From: an uncultured candidate division Zixibacteria bacterium
GTDB lineage: Bacteria; Zixibacteria; MSB-5A5; GN15; PGXB01
Direction of reading: 5' to 3'
DNA length: 64,000 nucleotides
NCBI GenBank assembly: GCA_963702205.1
Contig: OY969724.1
Coordinates: 3,072,001-3,136,000 of the forward strand
Every line of letters begins with the position of its first letter. Within the stretch, counting starts at the first letter, position 1. The translations under genes were made by a program, and so were the position numbers. Below, piece after piece: positions 56,486 through 64,000 of this stretch. The notes beneath the pieces were generated by a model, which saw nothing but the letters and a program-made list of their open reading frames with translations, was not told the origin of the DNA and ran no database searches.

Positions 56486-58009
56486 ATGACCATGCAATTG
56501 AACGGCCATGACCTGACCATAGAAAAACTGGTCCAAATAGCCCGGCAGGGTGAAAAAGTCGAACTGGCGCCGGAGGCCGTGGAAAAAATAAATAAATGCC
56601 GGGCCATGCTGGAAAAGAAAATCGAGGCCGGAGAAATAATGTACGGCGTTAATACCGGAATCGGTGAATTTTCCGAAGTCGTCCTCAACGATGAACAGGT
56701 CCAGGAATTTCAGAAATATCTTATCTATAATCACAGCGCGGGAATCGGCGACCCGGCTCCGATCGAGTACGTCCGCGGGGCCATGGCGGCACGAGTCAAC
56801 GTGCACGCCCACGGGCAGTCCGGCTGCCGGCTGGAAATCACGCAGACGCTGGTCGACATGCTCAACAAGGGCGTGACGCCGTTTGTTTGCCAAAAAGGAT
56901 CGGTCGGTGCCTGCGGCGATCTGGCCCCGATGGCCCAGATTGCACTGTTGATGATGGGTGAAGGTAAAGCGTACTATGAGGGTGAATTGCTCGACGGCAA
57001 AGTTGCTCTCACCAAGGCCGGGATACCGGTGCCGGGTCTCAAGGCCCGCGACGGGCTGGCTACGATCAACGGTTCCAACGTCCTGACCGCCATGAGCGCG
57101 ATATTTTTATACGACGCCGAACGCTGGCTCAAGCAGGCCGAGATCGGGACGGCCATGTCTCTGGAAGCGCTCAAAGCCAACATGAAACCGTACGGCACCA
57201 AACTGCACGAGGCACGCGGTTTCAAGGGTGCAATCAGATCGGCCGCATCCATACGCAAGCTCGTCGCCGGAGGTGATCTCGCCGAAGGCCGGGTACCGTG
57301 CAAGGTGCAGGATGCCTATTCCATGCGTTCGACTCCGCAGGTAATCGGGGCGGCGCACGACGCTTTGGCGTACGCCCGTTCACAGGTCGAGATCGAACTT
57401 AACGGCGTCGGCGACAACCCCGTTTTCTTCCCCGATGAAAATCTCCAGCTCTCCGGGGCTAATTTTCAGGGAACACCGGTGGCGGTGCCGATGGATATGG
57501 CCGGGGCGTGCATTACTATGATCAGCGTCATGTCCGAACGGCGCATGAATCGCCTCAACAATCCGGCTTTGTCGGTCGGCCTGCCGCCGTTTCTGACCAA
57601 AGGCGCCGGTATGTTTTCCGGTTTGATGCTGTCACAGTACACCGCCGATGCGTTGATTGTCGAACAGAGAATATTATCCGCTCCGGCGTCGATTCAGTCC
57701 ATCCCCGCGGCGGCGGATCAGGAAGATTTCGTTTCGATGGGGATGACCACGGCCATCAAGAATTTTCAGATTCTGGACAACGCGTACGGCGTGCTCGGCA
57801 TCGAGATGATGGCGGCGGCACAGGCGCTGGATTTTCGCGATTATAATTTTGGCGACGGGGTCAAGAAAGCGTACGAAGTGGTTCGTCGGCACGTCGATTT
57901 TCTGGACGTGGACCGGCCGCTGTATCCCGATCATACAAAAATGAAACAACTGGTCAAGTCCTGCGAAGTACTGCAAGAGGTTGAGAAAGTCGTCGGCTCG
58001 CTCGGTTAA
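56486..58009 (+). CDS. hutH: Histidine/aromatic amino acid ammonia-lyase with Ala-Cys-Gly MIO triad
   Basis: YGVNTGIG, NHSAGIG, GSVGACGDLAP, QDAYSMR, GANFQG and QEDFVSMG motifs. Confidence 0.82.
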   Translation: MTMQLNGHDLTIEKLVQIARQGEKVELAPEAVEKINKCRAMLEKKIEAGEIMYGVNTGIGEFSEVVLNDEQVQEFQKYLIYNHSAGIGDPAPIEYVRGAMAARVNVHAHGQSGCRLEITQTLVDMLNKGVTPFVCQKGSVGACGDLAPMAQIALLMMGEGKAYYEGELLDGKVALTKAGIPVPGLKARDGLATINGSNVLTAMSAIFLYDAERWLKQAEIGTAMSLEALKANMKPYGTKLHEARGFKGAIRSAASIRKLVAGGDLAEGRVPCKVQDAYSMRSTPQVIGAAHDALAYARSQVEIELNGVGDNPVFFPDENLQLSGANFQGTPVAVPMDMAGACITMISVMSERRMNRLNNPALSVGLPPFLTKGAGMFSGLMLSQYTADALIVEQRILSAPASIQSIPAAADQEDFVSMGMTTAIKNFQILDNAYGVLGIEMMAAAQALDFRDYNFGDGVKKAYEVVRRHVDFLDVDRPLYPDHTKMKQLVKSCEVLQEVEKVVGSLG

Positions 58010-58018
58010 GGAGGAAAC

Positions 58019-58537
58019 ATGGAATTCAAAGTAATCTGGTTTGATCGCAAATTCAAATTCATACTGGAACCGGAGCAGTTTCCGGCGGTGGTCGAGCGCC
58101 TCCGCGCCACTCCCCCGGCGCTCGAAGAACTTGTCAGGAATATCCCGCAGGAGAAGCTGATATACAAACCTAATAACAAATGGTCGATTCAGGAAAACGT
58201 CGGGCATTTGATTACGGTCGAACGTCTGACCACCGGACGTATTGACGATTTTCTTCAGAGCCAAGAGCAGCTTCGCCCGGCCGACCTTTCAAATCAACTG
58301 ACGGAAGATTCCAACTTCAACGAACGTACTATGGAAAGCCTCCTGAAAGAATTCCGCGTCATGCGTGCCGAAGGGCTGGCCATGTTCGATAAAATGTCGG
58401 ACAGTGATGCCGAACTCGTATCGCGGCACCCGCGTCTCGACCAGCCGATGCGCCTGATCGATCATGCTTATTTCATCGCCGAGCACGACGTGCATCATAT
58501 GGCGGTGATTACGAGGTTGTTGAGGAAGCAATCGTAA
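58019..58537 (+). CDS. DinB family protein
   Basis: WSIQENVGHL and AEHDVHH motifs. Confidence 0.85.
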   Translation: MEFKVIWFDRKFKFILEPEQFPAVVERLRATPPALEELVRNIPQEKLIYKPNNKWSIQENVGHLITVERLTTGRIDDFLQSQEQLRPADLSNQLTEDSNFNERTMESLLKEFRVMRAEGLAMFDKMSDSDAELVSRHPRLDQPMRLIDHAYFIAEHDVHHMAVITRLLRKQS

Positions 58538-58603
58538 GGATATAGTGCATTTTATGCCTTGTCGGGAATGCTATCCCAAAGGTTTTTGCCGAAACGTAAG
58601 AGC

Positions 58604-58821
58604 GTCAGGAAATAGTTCCTGACGCGCTGAATCCGACCTACTTAGCCTTTAATGCGGCGCTCGGGCAGATGTGGACATCTGCCGCGCACAGTACCCGACC
58701 TCCCGGTGCCTTTATCGAAGATCAAAGATACATAATCTGAAACGTATGTCATGCCACAACCTGTAACGGATCTCATGATACTTTACAGTGGACATCTGCC
58801 GCGCACAGTACCCGACCTACT
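58604..58821. repeat. REP-like cluster with a 31-bp direct repeat
   Basis: GTGGACATCTGCCGCGCACAGTACCCGACCT at 58671-58701 and 58788-58818; GTCAGGAA-ATAG-TTCCTGAC; CCGACCTAC. Confidence 0.8.
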
Positions 58822-58863
58822 GGTGCTGTCGCGTAAAGTATTCAGATTCGGGAGAATATGTTA

Positions 58864-60846
58864 TTATTTAATAGTTTTGCTGCGCGAAAGCTGTATTGCC
58901 AGTTGAATGTACGAATTGGTACGGACCGCCATAGATTCGTATTTATTTTTCAGCGTGTCTTTCAGATTATGCTGTAAGTACGGTTGTTCATTAAGATCGT
59001 ACAAGTACTCTCCCGCCCCGGCCCAGTGGAAGTACAACATGGAATCTTCGACCATGCCGAATTTTTCGTCGGCGTCGATGACGGCAAAGCCGTTATCGCT
59101 GTCGGGCAGGTTTAAAATATCCCGTCCCCACCGCTGCGTATCGATCTTTTCACCGAGCAAACCGGCCAGAGTCGGTACGATATCGACCTGGCTGGCGATC
59201 TTGTTGACGACCTGAGATGAATCGCCGAACAGTGCCGGGGAATAAAGCAGCAGCGGGATGTGGAAGGTCGTCGGAGTCAGCGGGTATTTCGGCGTTTGAT
59301 GGGCACAATGATCGGCCGTTATGATGAAAATAGTACTGTCCATAACCCGGTCGTTTTTCAAGGCATCGAAAAGTCGCCCCAGTGACCAGTCGGTATAGTA
59401 GAAGGCATTGAGCAAACGGTCGTGCTCGTTGGACGGTTCAAACTTGACAAAGCGATCGTCGGGGACACGGTACGGTTCGTGGAAGCTGAGCGTGAACACG
59501 GTCAGGTTGAACGGACGCGGAAAAGAATCGACGCGTTCCGCCAGCGCCTCGAAAACATCGTGGTCGTCTACACCCCATTTATTGAGTGTCCTGCCGTGGA
59601 AGTCCGACTGGCTGTAGAATTTTCGATAGCCATGGGCCCGCAGGAATCCTTCGATATTATCAAACTGAATGTCTCCCCCATGCGCAAATATGGAAGTATA
59701 GTTGCGCCGGCTCAAAATCTCGGCGATGGATGTAAACGGCCGCCCGGCCGAGAACCGTTTCATGATCGACCGCCCGGGCAGCGCCGGATAAGAACAAAGC
59801 ACCGCCGGAATACCCCGGTTGCTGCGAATGCCGTTGGCATAGAAATTTTTGAAAAGAATGCCGTGTTTGGCGAGGCTGTCGAAACGCGGCGTGACACCAT
59901 ACTCGGCACCATACGTCCCAATATATTTTGCCGACCAGCTTTCCATAATGATAATGACGATATTGGGATTAAAATTCCAGCGAGGTCCGGATTGCGTGGA
60001 GGACAGTTCGAGTTCATTGGTCGAACAAATGTCCTGTAGACCAAGCATCTGCGAGACCGTCCGGCAGGCGGAAGCGGTATCGTAATAATGGTACTTACCG
60101 TTTTCCGGTTCGCTGACGTCACGTCCGGCCCGACGTTCTTCATAGATGGAGTTGGCCAACGTAAAGCAGCCGTTCAGCGCCAGTTGATTGGCGAACGAGT
60201 CGGAACTGAAAAAAGCCGCACCCCAGTCGAGGCCTTTCTGCCCCAGGCGGCCGCGTATACCGAACACGAGCAGGGCAATAAGAAACAAGTACGATACGAT
60301 TTCCGGGATAATCGCGGCCTTTAATTTGAACGATATGACTTTCCGTATGACCGCTTTGAGTGCCCATACGTAAACGGCAATAAAGAGCCCCGCTCCCAAA
60401 AGCGTAAACCAGAAACCGATATCAGTGTACAGGGTGTAGAACATCATGGAAGCGTCGTCGAGATATTCCACAGCCAGAAAATTCAGGCGGCTGCCGTAGG
60501 CTTCAAAAAACCTGAGCTCGGCCAGACTCAGCATAAATAGAAAGCCGAAAATGACGGACAGTGCTATGACATAAATTCTCCTGACCATTTTCTTATCGAA
60601 TGACATACCGGGGATCAACGAGACGACAACCAGCGGAAGCAGAATAATACTGATGATCTTGGCATCGAAGCGATAACCGATCCAGAAGGCGTGCAGTATA
60701 TCGACCAGGCTGCTGCTGGCGGCGATGCTGCGGAAATAGATCAGGAAGAACAGGCGCAGGACGGCGAAGAAGACGGCATTGAGCGCGAACACCGCGGCCC
60801 AAACCGCAAATTTGGATGAAATTAATGATTTAATCGTCCGGCGCAT
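58864..60846 (-). CDS. LTA synthase/sulfatase-family membrane protein
   Basis: Five N-terminal TM segments; IIMESW, TLSFHEPY, TADH and SQVDIVPT motifs. Confidence 0.88.
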   Translation of the reverse strand: MRRTIKSLISSKFAVWAAVFALNAVFFAVLRLFFLIYFRSIAASSSLVDILHAFWIGYRFDAKIISIILLPLVVVSLIPGMSFDKKMVRRIYVIALSVIFGFLFMLSLAELRFFEAYGSRLNFLAVEYLDDASMMFYTLYTDIGFWFTLLGAGLFIAVYVWALKAVIRKVISFKLKAAIIPEIVSYLFLIALLVFGIRGRLGQKGLDWGAAFFSSDSFANQLALNGCFTLANSIYEERRAGRDVSEPENGKYHYYDTASACRTVSQMLGLQDICSTNELELSSTQSGPRWNFNPNIVIIIMESWSAKYIGTYGAEYGVTPRFDSLAKHGILFKNFYANGIRSNRGIPAVLCSYPALPGRSIMKRFSAGRPFTSIAEILSRRNYTSIFAHGGDIQFDNIEGFLRAHGYRKFYSQSDFHGRTLNKWGVDDHDVFEALAERVDSFPRPFNLTVFTLSFHEPYRVPDDRFVKFEPSNEHDRLLNAFYYTDWSLGRLFDALKNDRVMDSTIFIITADHCAHQTPKYPLTPTTFHIPLLLYSPALFGDSSQVVNKIASQVDIVPTLAGLLGEKIDTQRWGRDILNLPDSDNGFAVIDADEKFGMVEDSMLYFHWAGAGEYLYDLNEQPYLQHNLKDTLKNKYESMAVRTNSYIQLAIQLSRSKTIK

Positions 60847-60942
60847 AATTTAACCAAATACGGCTGATTCGGTCGATTGCGCCAGATAAAAAGCAGAATT
60901 TAAACAAAACGCCGGACCCCGAATGCGGTCCGACCGGAAAGA

Positions 60943-61263
60943 TTAGATGTCTTCGACCGTAACGGCCGTGCCGTAGGCCAGAAGCTCGGCGGCCCCGGTC
61001 ATGATATATGAGGTCGAGAAGCGCACGCCGACAACGGCGTTGGCGCCAAGTTCGACTGCCTCGGTGACCATGCGGTCGATCGACTGTTCGCGGGTTTCGG
61101 CCAGCATCTTGGTATAGTCGGTTACTTCACCGCCGATAATATTGCGCAGCTGGGCCATGATATCGTGCCCGATATGCCGCGCCCGAACCGTATTGCCCCG
61201 CACCATCCCCAGGCTCTTGACGATCTTCTTGCCGGGAATATCATTGGTTGTACATACAATCAT
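60943..61263 (-). CDS. YbjQ/UPF0145 family protein
   Basis: IIGGEV..Y, GANAVVGVRF and LAYGTAV motifs. Confidence 0.92.
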   Translation of the reverse strand: MIVCTTNDIPGKKIVKSLGMVRGNTVRARHIGHDIMAQLRNIIGGEVTDYTKMLAETREQSIDRMVTEAVELGANAVVGVRFSTSYIMTGAAELLAYGTAVTVEDI

Positions 61264-61706
61264 CTTTTCACCTCGTGATATCTGTCGCGCTTATAGGCAA
61301 ACAGGTGTTCCCGGATAATGGAAACGAGCATGATAATCAGCCCCAACAGGCCCGCTCCCACGGCGACTTTCAGGATAATCGACGTTTGGGGATTCATAAA
61401 AAAATCGAGAAACAGGTAATAGCATCCGACCGCCGCAAAAAGGACGGCCGAAATCGACATCAGTATCCACCCGAAGCCCCGCTCCATTCGTTTGTATACC
61501 GACGCCCAATAGCCCTCCCAAACCGATTCGGGAATGTCCGCGTACTTCATAGCCCCGGTTATCTCCTTCAGTTTCTTGAACGTCTCGAGTTCTTTGCGCA
61601 GTTCGGGATCGCTTTTGAGATGACTCTCGAACAATATCATTTCGTCCTGAGTCAGCTCTCCGTCGACGTATCCCGACAGCATGACATTGATATTTTTCTC
61701 AGACAT
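61260..61706 (-). CDS. Membrane anti-sigma factor (zf-HC2-like, Cys-less)
   Basis: LSGYVDGEL...FESHLKSDPELR followed by two TM segments; directly after an ECF sigma gene. Confidence 0.75.
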   Translation of the reverse strand: MSEKNINVMLSGYVDGELTQDEMILFESHLKSDPELRKELETFKKLKEITGAMKYADIPESVWEGYWASVYKRMERGFGWILMSISAVLFAAVGCYYLFLDFFMNPQTSIILKVAVGAGLLGLIIMLVSIIREHLFAYKRDRYHEVKR

Positions 61707-62280
61707 ATTTTGCCAACCTTTTCGCCAGTTTTTTACGGGCATAGTACAGCCGGGACATCACCGTGCCTTTCGGTATTTTCAGGAGGATGGCAATTTCGTC
61801 ATATGAGTATTCCTTGAAATGCTTGAGCATGATAATCTCGCGGTCCTCGAAATCGAGTTCCATCAGAGCCTGTTGGATATCGCGTATTTGCTCTTCTTTG
61901 ATCACGGCATCCTCGGGATTGGAATCCGCAACCAGCAGATATGCGGCATCATCGAGATTCATTTCCCGCGACTCCCTGTTTTTGCGGCGAGCCAGGCAGT
62001 CTTTGCAGAGGTTGACCACGATGGAATAAAACCAGGGGAAAAAGTCGCGGCCGCTCTCGAATTTCGGGGCCGACTTGAACACCCTGATAAAAGCTTCCTG
62101 TGAAATGTCAAAAGCCTCATCCTTATTCCCCACTATGCCTAAGGCCAAAAAATAGGCCCGTTTCTTATAGCGGTCCACCAATGCCTTCATAGCCTTTTTG
62201 TCGCCGTCGGCAATTAAAACCACCAACTCGGCGTCACCGGCTGTTTTGTCTTCCGATTTATATACCGCGATAAAAATCAT
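61699..62280 (-). CDS. ECF RNA polymerase sigma factor
   Basis: DISQEAF, WFYSIVVN, SYDEIA and GTVMSRL motifs. Confidence 0.93.
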   Translation of the reverse strand: MIFIAVYKSEDKTAGDAELVVLIADGDKKAMKALVDRYKKRAYFLALGIVGNKDEAFDISQEAFIRVFKSAPKFESGRDFFPWFYSIVVNLCKDCLARRKNRESREMNLDDAAYLLVADSNPEDAVIKEEQIRDIQQALMELDFEDREIIMLKHFKEYSYDEIAILLKIPKGTVMSRLYYARKKLAKRLAKYV

Positions 62281-62342
62281 ATATTCAAATTAATTTGTAA
62301 TTTATTCTCAAGTGGCACAACAATATAAATAATTAAAATTCG

Positions 62343-64000
62343 CTACGAAAGCCCATTATCGCCGAGGCTGAGCATGCGCTCGATTTCCCCCGCCTTATCT
62401 TTGTCATCCAGTTTCCTGACCGAGATGACCCGCCGCCGTGATTTGCCGTCGGAGGCGATCTTTTCGACCGCGAAATGATGGTCCGCCAAGGCTGCGATCT
62501 GGTGCAAATGAGTGATGACCAGCAATTGATTATCCCGACCGAGAGAATTGAGCTTTTCTCCGACCGAGCGGGCGGTGTGGCCACCGATACCCGAGTCGAT
62601 TTCGTCGAAGACCAGAAGCGGCTGGCTTTCTTTGCGGCGGGCCTGTTCGGCAGTTTTGAGCGCCAGCATAACGCGCGAAATCTCGCCCCCGGAGGCCGTC
62701 GACGACAGCGGTTTGAGCGGCTCGCCGGGATTGGCCGAAAACATGAAGCGGATGTCTTCCAATCCGGTCGGTTCGGCTTTCAGATGACGACCGCCATATT
62801 CGATACCGTCGGGGTCGTCGGTTACCATGAACTCGCATTCGAACCCGGCGTCGCCGACCGCAAGATCGGCCAGTTCTTTTTTAACCATTTTTGACAGCAT
62901 TGCCGCCGCCTTGAGTCGCTTTTCTGAGATTGCTGCAGCTTTCTGAGAGTAATCTTTTTTATGGCCCTCAGACTGCTTGCGAAGCTGAATTATATCCTGA
63001 TCGATATTGTCAATTCTGCCCAGTTCGGCAGTTATCTCATCGAGCGACCGTAGTATGCCTTCCTCGGAACCGCCGTATTTTTTCTTGAGTCGGTAGATTT
63101 CGTCGAGCCGAAGATTGATTTCTTCGAGTCGGACGGGATCATCGGGTATCGACGACATATACGCTTCAAGTTTAGAGCGAAGTTCTTCGAGGTTGACCGT
63201 AGCATTGTCCAGCATCTCGCCCAGCGGCCGGAGATTTTTGTCGACCGGCAGTATATGCCCCATTTCCCTGGTGCAAACGCTCAACCCGGATAATACAGCG
63301 TTGTCATCGCCGTCGAGGACGATTAAAATCGAAGCGCATTTCTGACCGAGGAGAGCAGCCGAGTCGAGAATTTTGCGCTCGGCCAGAAGCTCCTCTTCTT
63401 CTCCGACCCGTATGCGGGCCTTTTCGATTTCCTGTTTCTGGAACTGCATCAGTTCGCGGCTTTTCTCGCTCTCGGTTTTGCGGAGGATAGCTGCTTTCAA
63501 TCTCTGCTCGGCGTTTTGCCAGTCGGAAAAGACTGCGGTCAACTCTTCGACCGACGGCAGCAGCCCGGCAAAAGAATCCAGAAACGACAGGTGGTTTTTC
63601 TCGTCGATCAATTGCTGATGCGAATGTTGACCGTACAGTTGCGCCAGATGATCGGTTATGTCTTTGAGCAGCTTGGCCGTGATTTGCTGGTCGTTGATAA
63701 AGACCCGGGTGGCTCTATCACCGGCGAACATTTCTTTTCTGATTAACAAAGTGCAGTTCTCACAATCGAGGCCGTTGTCTTTGAGCAAACCGACGATTTT
63801 CTTCGATTTGGTTATATCGAACTCGGCTTCGACGACGGCCGTTTTTTCGCCGGAGCGGATATCATCGCGGTCGGCGCGTTCACCCAGAACCTGTGCCAGG
63901 GCGCCGATAATCACCGACTTGCCCGCTCCCGTCTCACCGGTGAGGACGTTCATCCCCGGAGCGAATTCGATCGCCAGTTCGCGCACGAGGGCGAAATTCT
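62343..64000 (-). CDS. recN: DNA repair protein RecN (5' end outside the window)
   Basis: GETGAGKS, GQHSHQ, ASGGEISR, VFDEIDSG and ITHLHQIA motifs. Confidence 0.95.
   Translation of the reverse strand, partial: NFALVRELAIEFAPGMNVLTGETGAGKSVIIGALAQVLGERADRDDIRSGEKTAVVEAEFDITKSKKIVGLLKDNGLDCENCTLLIRKEMFAGDRATRVFINDQQITAKLLKDITDHLAQLYGQHSHQQLIDEKNHLSFLDSFAGLLPSVEELTAVFSDWQNAEQRLKAAILRKTESEKSRELMQFQKQEIEKARIRVGEEEELLAERKILDSAALLGQKCASILIVLDGDDNAVLSGLSVCTREMGHILPVDKNLRPLGEMLDNATVNLEELRSKLEAYMSSIPDDPVRLEEINLRLDEIYRLKKKYGGSEEGILRSLDEITAELGRIDNIDQDIIQLRKQSEGHKKDYSQKAAAISEKRLKAAAMLSKMVKKELADLAVGDAGFECEFMVTDDPDGIEYGGRHLKAEPTGLEDIRFMFSANPGEPLKPLSSTASGGEISRVMLALKTAEQARRKESQPLLVFDEIDSGIGGHTARSVGEKLNSLGRDNQLLVITHLHQIAALADHHFAVEKIASDGKSRRRVISVRKLDDKDKAGEIERMLSLGDNGLS

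Overview
Bacterial chromosomal segment, about 50% GC by eye, from a diderm and probably anaerobic organism. An FCB-group/Zixibacteria-like origin is my impression only and is unverified. It is mostly housekeeping genes: ada/ogt, metK-ahcY, panC, lpxH, purL, tilS-hpt-ftsH-folE-folP-cdaA, obgE-dprA-ptsH-ptsI, panD, rsfS, rho, hutH and a partial recN. AT-rich accessory genes and clusters of REP-like palindromes are interspersed. The main finding is a complete IS110 (IS621-like) element at 17907-19078. Its non-coding left end reads as a bridge RNA: guide segments match the flanking target (TTCTGCC-CT-ACAGT) and the circle-junction donor (ACAGTCG-CT-TGTAT), and circularisation builds a TTGACA-N17-TATATT promoter. 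Other candidates are: a tandem-HTH/aconitase fusion lacking the Fe-S cysteines; a secreted-peptide gene paired with a TPR sigma54 activator; a four-gene membrane cluster of unknown function; a selenocysteine peroxiredoxin with a SECIS-like hairpin; a 1168-aa AT-rich defence-like protein; a three-gene toxin-antitoxin-like cassette; an ammonia-lyase with an Ala-Cys-Gly MIO motif and a structured leader; and a 22-aa Lys-rich sORF. Four of five apparent frameshifts lie beside GTAC, which suggests motif-linked sequencing errors. No rRNA, tRNA or CRISPR array was recognised. All family assignments come from motif recognition, not database searches.
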